A stretch of DNA of 64,000 nucleotides from Azolla caroliniana (Eukaryota; Plantae; Polypodiophyta). Location of the stretch: assembly GCA_043228905.1 (NCBI GenBank), contig JBHGNT010000007.1, forward strand, positions 5,518,001-5,582,000. Direction: 5' to 3'. Under the pieces are notes generated by a model. It did not search any database. It had not been told where the DNA came from and saw nothing but the letters and a program-made list of their open reading frames with translations. The first letter of the stretch is position 1, and every line of letters begins with the position of its first letter. Of the stretch, positions 28,556 to 40,142 are shown piece after piece. The translations under genes and the position numbers were made by a program.

Positions 28556-30309
28556 TTGGGTCTTCTAAAGTAATCCAATCCCATGGGATCTAAAAAGAGA
28601 TGGATGTGTTTGTGTATGTATGTTGGGTGTGTGTTTGATCGGTATCTATAGAAGAGGAAGGGTGGAGGGGAATCCTTTTTGCTTTTGTGTGGTTAGTCGG
28701 AATCTCGTGACCAATCCCACAGGGCCCGACAAATCTAGCGAGAGAAAAGGTGTTACTCTTTCTATGAAGCAAGGTATTGAGTAGATTCGGGATGTGATGT
28801 CTCGCTTGGGAAATTCGCCCGCCCCTCCATCCTATGGTTTGTCTACTTGCTCTTCGTAATTAGGTGTTGGATTCTGGACGCAATGCATGCCCGAAAGTGG
28901 TCAATCTCGCCCCCGTGCATCCTATCTAATTAATATTCGCTTCTTGGAGTAACGATGATTCAAGAAACAAGGCTATCTTTGCTCATGTCAACGCATCCTA
29001 AAGTCCCTATGAGGAGGAGCCCTCCATCTGGTCCATCAACTCTTCCTTTGTGGGCATTACACGAATCTTTATCCAAACATTTGCACTTGATGTGGTGCAT
29101 CAACTCTCCCTTTGTGGTCATTACATGAGTCTTTATCCAAGCATCTAATTGCTATTTTGTTTGTTGTGTAGTTCGGGGTGTCTCATTCTTCTAAGAGAGA
29201 AAGAATGCCTTTCTTTTGTTATATAACATTCTTCGATACATTACCTTTGCCCCCGAAAAGCCTCTTTGTTCGGCTATGTCCTGAATTTCTCCTGTATTTG
29301 GAGGAAACATATATATTTTTGTCCATTGTCTTTCTCTTTCGCATCCACATGGCATTCAATGCCTAGTTCTAAGGGTATCTACAATTGGCAATGTTTCTTA
29401 TTATTGATTATTTAATCAAATAAAAAAATAGATATTCAAAAATAACATATCATTTTATGGATAGGCATTGACCACATATTGTTTAATTTAGTTGTTTTTA
29501 GTTATTATAAAAATAACCCTTCTATGAACCGTATGTGTTTTATATTTATAACATTGCTAAGATTAGCCTTTTGTTTTTGTTTTATCACTTGTCCCTTGAG
29601 TAACATTATTGTTATTCAGATCTCAAATTCAAAAACGAATGCTTGTTATTTTCCATTGACCCTTGGATGGCATGTGATCGCTAAATGTAGGGCCTCTTCG
29701 GAAATCTAACAGCCGCACATGATGTCTGATTGATATCGGATCTCATTTTTATCATCGCTCCATAATTTCCACCATGTGGCAATGTGTTGTCATTTCATAC
29801 TCTTTCAATGTTTATGATGCTTTGGACTACACCCTCAATGTCGTGGACTTTCGGGATAGTCATTCGTTTGTCAAGAATTCATTAACTTAAATCATAATTA
29901 ACAAGATCTCAAATTATATCAACTTCGAGAGTGTGACACAACCTCTCCAAGACAATCATCCTCATTAATAGGTTGTCCACAAACCCTAGTTGAGATGATT
30001 CCAAGCAGCCAATCCTCTTAATTTTGCCCTTAACTCATCAATTTTGCTGGTCATCCCACTGTAAGCCACTCATCCTTCAGAAAAAAAGCCCAACACCAAC
30101 ATTGTTTAAGAAGCCACCTACTCCTTTTGCATTAACTGCAAACACTTTGACAGATCCATTTTTCTTGTAGTGCAATCAACATTTGGCTAGTGGCTCAAAT
30201 ATTTCTTCAGGCACATCTCCTAGTTCTAAAAATATGTTGTAAAACGAATCAAGGACAACCTAACTTTGCATTTGGCAAGTATGGAATAAAGTTCTTTCTT
30301 TATTCCTAA

Positions 30310-30790
30310 TGATCAATGTTGGTTGCTTGTTCTCATGGGGAGCAACGGTGTGGGGAATTTTACACTCTAGCTTGATGTTGTATGAGGCAGACGATATACA
30401 AGAGGCCATGAAGGTACATAACAGAATATTGATATCTGTTAGTCCGTTTTAGCAACCTCGAAAGCATGTGCGATCTGTCTAGGTCTGGAGAACTGTGACT
30501 ACGATAACATTATGGGTATTATGGAAATGTAGATGTAGTCGACTTTACGATGCAACAACGCTTGGTCTTTCAGAGGTATTGCTTGAGATATGGGAAACAT
30601 TGTTGACAGTAGTTCGTGGGCAATATGATAACATGTATGGTTCTCTAGAAAATATTCATAAAAGAAGGATGAAGCTTCTTCACTTATGGAGGAAGGTGCC
30701 TCTCTTTGTAGTGACAAATCAAAGACCTCAATGGAACTATCAACTTCCATGGACCCTTTCTTGATATAAAAACCAACATGTTAATGTAGT
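30310..30790 (+). mobile_element. 5'-truncated LINE (L1-like ORF2 C-terminal remnant)
   Basis: LWVLWKCRC..EIWETLL resembles the WxxWxxR motif at the end of plant L1 ORF2; an A-rich stretch follows the stop. Confidence 0.5.
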
Positions 30791-31999
30791 GTATTAAGGT
30801 TCAACATCCGTGTATAAGTTGTTTTTGTAAGGACAGGTTTATATGTACATACATTGTCTTTTATTCTACTTTGTAAGCCTAGGGGCAGATAACTTTTACT
30901 TGTACTTTTTCAATCTAAAACCCAATCTTTTATGGACTTCATATAATCAAATATATTTTCACTCTTACAATAAATAGTGTTACAATTGTTTATTTTAACA
31001 TGGTATCCTAACGGTGTTGTCTTGATTCTTGAAGTACCTTCCTACTATCTAGACATCATAACACACTTACCCAATCAACACATGGGCAACCAAAAAATGT
31101 CTCGAAAAGGTATAGTAAGAAATGGTTCACACTAGCATTCCCCATTCCCCTTGATGCACTTTACATGAACCAATCACATCAATTGATTTCATTGGGATTT
31201 AGTTCCTCTTTTATAGAGTGAACTCTCCATCATCTAGTTGCCCAAACTCTAACATAATCACACACATATTTCTCTAACTATTTGTGAATTATGATTAGGT
31301 GATCTCTTCCTCTCATGTCCTAAATAACGTTAATAGCTAAGAAGCTAATTTGTGCCTAAATGGGGTGTAATCATTAGTTGACTACATGTAAAAGCACATG
31401 CAAATGAGCAAACGTCTCAATTAGTTGAAGGGAGACATAAAACATGTATAAAAAAGGTTATGTTAGGCTTTTTGTTAAGTTGAATTGAGCTTACTTCAAA
31501 GGGCCCAACAAGACTCATATACCTTGGAGTGTTGCACTTCTAAGGGTCATTTACAAGTGTCACTTTGCATTGAGTGGAACCTCCCTACATATGAGGTTAG
31601 TATACTCAGCTCGGTATGGAGTGCATAACCATGCTTGAAGTTGGTTGCAAAGAGTTTCCACCAACTAGGTGTTTGACATATCTTCTAGCACAATAAGACC
31701 TTCTGTGAAGGTTGAGGTATTGCCGAAAATGTTGTGTATCCACCATTAAGGTAGTGTCTTCATTCTAAGCTGGCCACACAATCAAAAATTCGTCAAGGTT
31801 TTTGAGCCTTACATAGTCCTTGACTTCATAGTTTTCCATTGCCCACTGATACTTAAATTGGGATGACCACTTTGGGAATATCCTATACACAAACTTCCAA
31901 CCTTCATTACGTTGTCGTGAAGGATTCTGGCCATAGAGAGAAACGGAGCCAAAGGCGTGTGAACGGGTGTGTGCACGGACACACACAAAAATTAAGTCT

Positions 32000-32251
32000 T
32001 TATGTACAAACATATGTAAATAACATAGAACTAGAAAGTACTAGGGAGTAGAATTTAATAGGTACTTCAAGTCCCGCACAGATAGATAGGAATACGAGGA
32101 TTTGATGTGAGGAAATCGGGGAAAATCTTTGTAAGGAAGGTTGACATTCATCACGGTGTAACGGCCTCCCCTTGTGCCATAATAGGGGAGGCTTGAGCCT
32201 GTTTGAGGGATCCACGATTTGGAGGACGAAGTGTTGTCGATTTGAGTGCCG

Positions 32252-32299
<48 letters not shown>

Positions 32300-32845
32300 C
32301 TCTGTACTGATTGGAGGAAGAAGGTGAAGCCTCTGCTCGCGCAGGAAGCCCGTGAGCTCCCGACTAGAGGTTCATCATTCTGTTTCTGAGTGTGTGTGCG
32401 TGTCTTGAGAGCGCGTCGTTCTGACACCGGCCGAGTCCGGTTGTATTTCTTCCTTGTTTAATCCATTTCGTCTTCATTGTATCCATTCGCTCAAGTCTCT
32501 GTGTTGAGTATGCATCTCCATCCTACGTTCGTTTGCCACTCGTGTTTACCCGAGTCTTGAGCCCGTGTGCTCGTTGCTTGTTATCCAACGACCGGTCAAG
32601 AACAATACACAACTCTAAACCCGTGCGCTCACTGACCGGCATCCGGGAATCGATCCTAACTGGATACGTGGCCGGACATTGATCCGGCGAAGATATCTGA
32701 ATGTCGATCAGGACAACCTTCCTGCTCTCACCTTCCGACTCCTTGGTCCAAGTCCCGGTGATCCCACCCCATTTATAGACATTCACCTGGAATATTGCGA
32801 CAACGTGGTTTATCACTCCGAATAAATAGATTAAATCATTGCACA
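32000..32845. mobile_element. Probable LTR fragment (boundaries uncertain)
   Basis: GC-richer non-coding block with a (CT)n tract, ending aataaatagattaaatcattgcaca. No TSD identified. Confidence 0.3.
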
Positions 32846-33382
32846 ACCCATGTCAAAAATGGAGTCGCATCCCCTTTTGGTTCATTTGCCACATATTCAT
32901 GAAGACTTTATCAACCTCCAAAATCAAAGCTCTCCTTTCTTCTTCCAATGGTTTTGGCTTCCATTCTTGAAAGTTGTGTTCAGTTACACCAACCTTGGGT
33001 AGCACACGGTGGCAACACTGGTGTCCTCTTCCTCTTCACATCTCTACTCTGTTGTATCTTTGGGCCCGACTTCACCCTGTTTTGCTCCTGCACACTCAAG
33101 GCCTTTTTCTTGCATTTTGTTTGTTGGTCTTGAGTTTGATTTGTAACTTCTAACTTGCAACCTTCTCTCTCTACCTTAGTTCTTGTTGCTACTTCTTTGG
33201 TTAGGTTGCCACATCTACCTACAAAATTAGACAGGTTATGCCACATGCTTCATCTACATTTTGTCGCCAGTGATTCATACCATTTAGTCTTTGCAACATC
33301 AACAAAAATGAACATAATCCACCAAACAATGTGAATGGAGCCCCTTGATTGAGTAATTGGCCTTTTCCCCAATGGTGCCCCC

Positions 33383-33770
33383 TGTCATAGACATGATGCG
33401 ACGATGGAATGTAGGGGGTTGAACCCATGACCTCCTCATCTTATTGGGCAACCTTACCAATTGAGCTACATCCATCTATGCACCGATGTATACGATTCAA
33501 TTTATTACATTGTATATTAATCACTAGAAGTTTCCTAGCTTTCATGCATCCTCGTGAATTTTCTAGAATATTCCTAGTTTCATGTATACCTCCACATTAT
33601 TGTATAAATACTTGGGTATACCTTGATTACAATCAAGGTGAACAACACCAGTTACGGAAGCATAAATTCAGTTCTTGTTCTCTTGTCTATTTTCTCTCTC
33701 TTTTCTTGTTCTGTTGTCTATGCTCTCTCTCTCTCTCTTAATAATTTGCCTCGTCTACTCGTCCGTGACA
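33383..33770 (+). mobile_element. Solo LTR (388 bp) with an antisense tRNA-like module at its 5' end
   Basis: TGTCA..TGACA ends with TSD CCCCC (33378-33382 and 33771-33775). TATAAATA near 33604 and (CT)n near the 3' end. Same layout as the chromovirus LTR at 61010-61427. Confidence 0.82.
33405..33474 (-). promoter_or_regulatory. tRNA-like sequence (Pol III A- and B-box) inside an LTR
   Basis: Minus strand reads TGGATGTAGCTCAATTGGTAAGG..GAGGTCATGGGTTCAACCCCCTACATTCCA. D-arm/A-box and T-arm/B-box are recognisable with complementary ends; the anticodon arm is degenerate. Confidence 0.7.
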
Positions 33771-33827
33771 CCCCCTTATTTAGCCTTTTTCTAGACGATT
33801 GCCCAGTTTGCTTGGCCTCTTACCTAT

Positions 33828-36651
33828 TGAGATTGAATCTCAGATATGTGAGAAAGACCAACTCGGATATAGTACACAATAACTTGGAAAACAGAAAACA
33901 ACACAGTACACGAAATACACAGAGTTTTATGTGGAAACCCTAAACGGGAAAACCACGGGAACAAAGATTCCCCTATACAAATAGAGAATACAAGAGGAGA
34001 TTAGAATACAACACTCTCTGTATAGAGTGTTGTTACTGTACGAGATGTATAGAGAGTAGAGTGTGATGAGCGAGGGTGCGTATGTGTAGATGTGCACAAG
34101 TGTAATTTTGAGTGTGAGTAAATATGTATGTGAACACATGCACATGTGTGCGCATGTGGACGAATATGAGGAGCTGTGAGTGAGTGATAAGTGTGAATGG
34201 CCAAGGGGGCTTGCACCCCTGTGTATCTACCCTTTTGTAACTATTTAACCCCTTATGGGGAAGGAATGAATATATGAATAGTTCTCTCCCTCTCTCTCTC
34301 TTGTCATCTCTCTTTCTCTCTCTTCCTTCTCTCTCACGTTGAACCATGTGTGCATGTGTTCACATACGTATTGACTCACACTCACAATTACACTTGTGCA
34401 CATCTACACATACACACCAACAACATTATAGCATTCGACCCTCGCTCATCACACTCTACTCTCCGTACATCTCCTACGGTAACAAGTGTATCAACCACAC
34501 AGGTCTCTTGGCGTCTAAGCTCACTTAGCTATGGCACTGCTCACTCTCTCTCTCTCTCTCAACACACAGCACTTCGCTATGTTCTCCTTTTTGTTCTACT
34601 ACTGCGCCACACATAATACTATGTTTTGCCCAAAGTGTAAATTTTGTACTTATACACTTTATGGGCTATTTACAATTGTAGTTCCTACTACTATCACTCC
34701 TATTATTAGAGTAATAATAATGGCAGTTAAACGGTCGACTGGTCGACTAGCCAACGCCTGTGTCAATTGTCCAGTTGGCCCAACTAGTCAGCCTTATCGT
34801 CGACCATCCGGTCCGCCTGACTAGTCGGTCATGTCTTCGACTTGGATCACTTCCTATACTATCGACTCCCCTTTGTCATCGACTCTCGACTCTCTGTTCG
34901 ACCAGTCGGCTACTCCTTGTCTTTCAAGACTGTCGGTTCTCAATCTGACCAGTTCGCTCCTCCTTGTCTTCAATTGTCGGTTCTCAGTCCGATCGGTCGG
35001 CTCCTCCCAACAAACTCCCCCTTCACTGCTATGGGTGGAGTTGGTTAGCCCTGTCCTCTGTCGACAGACTCTGAGTCTGTCCATCAGTAGGTTATTTGTC
35101 AACATGTCGAATCCATTGTTGCCAATATGGATCTTCACCAGGATAAACTCTCCTTCTTCCACTTTCTCCCGCAACCAGTGATACCTCCTATATATATGTT
35201 TGGTCGAAGAGTGGTACGCAACATTCTTGGCTAGATGTATGGCGCTCTAGCTATCACAATGAAGCAAGAACTCCCTTTGCTTCATTCCCAACTCACTAAA
35301 AAAGTTTCTCAACCAAATCAGCTCTTTGTCGGCCTCTACCGTTGCTATATACTCTGCCTCTGTGATCGAGAAGGCCACAAACTTTTGCAGTCGTTATTGC
35401 CACAACACTACTCCCCTTGAATAGGTCATCACGTACCCTGAAGTGGATCGATTTGAGTTTATATCCCCCGACATGTCCGAGTCAGTAAACCCTTCAAGCA
35501 TAGGTTTTACAACACCATACCTTAGGCATACCCTTGAGGTACCTTTCAAGTACCTGTGTATCCACTTCACCACTGCCCAGTGTTCTCGTCTTGGATTACT
35601 CATATATTGGCTTACTGCTCCCACAACAAATGTTATGTATGGTCTTTTGCAGACCATAACATATATTAAACCGTCGACGGCCGAGGCATATGGTACTTTC
35701 CTCATCTCACCCTTTTCTTTCTCTCCTCTAGGGCATTGCTTAACACTCATCTTGCAATTTGTCGGCAACATAGAGCCGAACGGCTTCGCTTCTAACATGT
35801 TGAATCTCTCCAAGATCTTTGTCACATATTTCTCTTGTGACAACCACACCACCGTCTTCGTTCTATCTCGAACTATGTGCATCCCCAAGATCTATTTAGC
35901 TGGTCCAAGACCTTTAATGGTAAACGACTTGCCTAAAGCTTTCTTCAAGCTCACGATCTTATTTGTGTCTTGTCCGACTATCAACATGTCATCCACATAT
36001 AATAAGAGAATTAAGAAGTCACCTTCATCGTAGCTCTTTACGAATACACAATGATCAACCTATGTTTTCTGGAACTTATGTTCCACCATGAAGGACTCAA
36101 ACTTCTTGTACCATTGGCGTGGAGCTTGTTTTAGACCATACAAACTTTTCTTCAGTCGAGGCACCAGGTTCTCTTTCCCTTTCTCCACTGTCAAAGCCTT
36201 CAGGTTGCTGCATGTAGATCTCTTCATCCAACTCCCCGTGCAAGAATGTTGTTTTGACATCCAACTGTTCGATCTCCAGATCCATACTAGCAGTTGCAGC
36301 TATGCTCAGAGCAGTTTGGATGGATGTCATCTTTACAACTGGTGCGAATATCTCGTCGAAGTCGACACCCTTTTTCCGCTGAAACCCCTTCACCACAATG
36401 CGGGCTTTATATCTAGGTGTGTTGTCGACTTCTCTAGTCTTCACCTCGTAGACCCATTTATTTCAGAGTGCTCTCTTACCTTTCAGTAACTCTACCAGGT
36501 CGTAGGTGTAATTCTCGTGCAAGGAGTCCATCACATGTTGCATTGTGCTCAACCACTACTCCTTGTGCTTGTCGGTAATGGCTTCATCATAGCACTCAAG
36601 TTTACCTTCATCAGTCAAGAGGATGTATTAACTGGCATATGTCGTCGGTGC
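33828..36651 (-). mobile_element. 5'-truncated copia remnant, same family as 8169-12967 (RT, RNase H, PPT, 3' LTR)
   Basis: RT/RNase H fragments closely resemble 11330-12930. PPT gtgaagggggag precedes the LTR start at 35012. The LTR (about 33828-35012) matches the reverse complement of 8169-8809, e.g. ttcccgtggttttcccgtttagggtttccac. The left boundary is approximate. Confidence 0.85.
34031..34484. mobile_element. 454-bp insertion with TGTTAC..GTAACA ends, ~120-bp inverted terminal arms and a 5-bp TSD (foldback solo LTR or TIR element)
   Basis: TSD AGTGT at 34026-34030 and 34485-34489. Arm 34031-34148 matches the reverse complement of 34345-34484 apart from scattered substitutions and one ~22-bp indel. 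Confidence 0.8.
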
Positions 36652-36659
36652 AAAGCAAG

Positions 36660-36730
<71 letters not shown>

Positions 36731-39349
36731 ATCTCACTTTCTTGTTCTTGAGTCAACGATGTTGAGCAAAGATGCTTTTGCTATTTCTCACACTCACGCG
36801 AATTCCATCTCCAAAACTCATGCGTCAAGTTCTATCCCATTCTCTAATTCACACCCTCTCCCACTCTTTGGCTATTGTGCACTCATTGCAAGAAAAATGT
36901 CAAGTAAGAGGAAAAAAATTAGGACCAAATTAATAAATAAGTCCCATTAACTACAAGAAAACATAACTCATAAAATAATACAATTGTCAAATTAATCATG
37001 ACAAAACTTTAGATGATGCCCACTAATGTGATAATTACTTGTCTTTATCCGATGTTCAATTATCATTTTCCTCTCTTGAGTGTTTTGCTTGATCTGGTTG
37101 GATCTAGAACATTGGAACACCAATTCGTGCTTATTATTCAACCTCACTGAGGTTGTCACTACAATGAATTTCTAAAATGTGTAAAAGGAAAAAAATTAGG
37201 AATTTTGATTAGGGATTAATAAAATTATAGTTACTAGGGTTTAGTGAAAAATGAAGTGTTTTATAAAGTGCGCTCACCATCGAGGATTTGGCGTGGGTTG
37301 CATAGTTTTCAAATATTTATAGCCTTGGATATGGCTAGAATTTGCCCATAATCTTTCATCTACGATAAAAAAAAAACATTAATTAAGACTCCTTAAACAT
37401 ATGTATATGCTTTCACTTTTCCTTGACACACAAATATACACTTACGAAATGAGCCTTGAACCCTTTTATGTTGCCTCTTCCTATGTGGGAGTTAGCATGG
37501 CCCATGCGCACACACAAACCGTAATGACCTTCTATTTTATGATTAAAACTCTCGTAATTAATGATATTGCAATTTATTAGCAGGAAATAACATGATAAAT
37601 AATTGAGGAAACATACATTTTGTTATGGGAATTTCACATTTAATCCCTCTTGTTTAAATGGCCTCATGACCCTTTTTTTAGATTTTGCAATCCTCTTGTT
37701 ATACAACGAAAACATGTGTTAGATTGGTTCTTATACTTTTATCTCATGTACAAAAGATTCAGATTCATTGACACGAACACTATCTCCACTTTCATGTTGT
37801 ATACCACCCCCAATTATCTCCGAACAAAACGATTTAATGGTGGATGCATCATATGCAAACTTTCAAGAGATGCAAGATTACCTGAAAGAGAGGATAATAT
37901 GTTGGTGGTTTTTATGTCAAGGCACGACCAACCGATCATGAATTCAAGTTCATGAGCATGAGTATCAAAATGGAGTAGACCTAAATGCACCATCACCACA
38001 TCTACATGGGGGTTGGCCTTTGGTAAATAATTATATTGTGTTATGGTTTCATAAGTCTAGGTTAATTGACATAATGTTGCCTATAGGTACATGTAGAAAT
38101 ATCTAAGATAATGATGATGAGGAAAGTTTCGATTAAATCTTTTGTGGTCATGGTAGAAGCTCACAATCAAGGCAAGTGCTCCAAGAATGGAACAAAACTT
38201 ATAGTTACATTGCGTGCTTGCTTGTCACATAACACATACATTGGCTACATGGCGTTAAACTCTTTAGTTTTGCCTCTTATGCCTTCTTCTCTTGCTATAA
38301 ACCTACATCCTTGGTACTAATGTCAATATGATGGTCGAGTAGTGAAATGTATGGTAGATTCTTAACATGTCATCTAATTATCTATAAGGTAAACATCATG
38401 CCATTTAGTTCATGTCAAGTCGGGTTATCCTTACATTGTCTAGTGCAAATTTAACCGCATTTGAAAAATTGGAAGTTGGCCTAGTAACGTTTTGCTCAAC
38501 CCTCAGCCTAGCCCTCCACCAAAATTTACATGTAAGAAGTTTGAGTGGGTCAACATCCACAATATTGTAATAAAGGGAGAAAACAAGGGTTGTGAAGCCA
38601 TTTGGTAAATCAAATAATCACTAGCTATAATACTAGGTGGCACGAAGCCAACGAATAATTTTGGCTTCCCATCCATGTTGGGCTACGAGCTATGCCTAAA
38701 TGCATGACAAAACGCACATCCACATACACTAATAAAAAAATTGATAAGGTATATTATATGTGGAAGGAACCTTGATGGTAGAAGGTTCTTATACATTACA
38801 CATTGTGTGGCACATCTCAGAGGCACTAACTCAAAACCAAGAATGGTCTCAAGGCAACACCAAATTTCTACTTAAATCCCAAATTAACTATTTATGTGGA
38901 CCCCATCGCATAAGACATCTCTTTCCCCTAAATGAACAATGAACATAAACCCTTAATCATTGGAATTGTAAAAAAGTCCACTAGCTATTCAAAGTTCGCC
39001 AAAGGGATATTATTTCTCCAAACTTATAACAAAACAATCTTGTAGGAATCAATCATGTGCAAATTAACACCTACACCAAACAATGCACTTTTCAATATGC
39101 CATCAAAAATTACCACTAGCTATCCAAAGATGGTCAAAGGAAATCGCACATCACCAAGTACAACAAAACAATCTATTAGGGATCAATCATGTGCAAATTG
39201 ACTCTACCAATACCCTACGATGCACTTTCAACATGCCACCAATTTAGAGAGTTGTGGGATTATGCAGTTCAAAGTTGCCTCACAAGTGTGTTAGTGTCAA
39301 TTAGCACCGATTTTCCACCCTTCTATCAACAATTATATATTATCACAAC

Positions 39350-39565
39350 CTGTTAGCGAATCATGGATAGCTTCCTTCCGATGAATCATTAACTCAATGA
39401 GTCATCAATAGCTTTCTTGAAATGAATCATTAATATCCTTTTAGGAATGAATCAATAACAATCACCTAGCGATGAATCTATAGCAACCAATCATTGATAG
39501 GTTTCTAGAACCAAAAACATCGATAGCTTTCTAGAAATGAATCATCGATAGCTTCCTAGAGATCA
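39350..39565. repeat. Degenerate tandem array (gatagcttyct..aatgaatca)
   Basis: Motifs atgaatca and atagctt recur at irregular spacing of roughly 25-45 bp. Confidence 0.5.
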
Positions 39566-40142
39566 ATCATGCTTAATTGTTGGCAATGATTTATTTTTAT
39601 CTTAGAAGATGTTAATATATCTTTTTTTCTTCTCCTTTCAAGAACTGAACAAAATACAAAACAAAAATTGAAATGAACATTGATCACACTAGCAATGATA
39701 GATAGCAGACCTATAGTAAAAAAATGGGAAGAGAATGTTGGTTTCGTATTATTACACATTTGACAAAGAGATTATTTTAAGGAATGGCATGGCCATTAGC
39801 ATGCAAGCTTCCAAGAGTGGCAAACCCCATCAACCACAAACCATATCATCCACAACAGGAGGGTATGAGCCACGATAGATTCAAGGGGCTTGTACTCACT
39901 ACTTTCTTAACAAATGGAACGATGAAAAAAATAAGGTCTAAAATTTCCCATGTCTTCAATACTTCTAAGAGTGGCAAGCATTCAAGAAACCCTGATTAAT
40001 AGAGTACATTACCTTAAATGCTACGCACATATTTACATCCATATGACGCCATTCCACTTGCATATACATCATCACATTGCCATATCCAAGCCTCCCTTTT
40101 TCCTCAAAAATAAAACAAGTCCTAACCCATCAAACTACCACA

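Noticed and set aside
33405-33474. Functional tRNA gene
   Set aside because: The anticodon stem-loop is not formed and the sequence lies inside a TSD-bounded LTR; reported as tRNA-like only.
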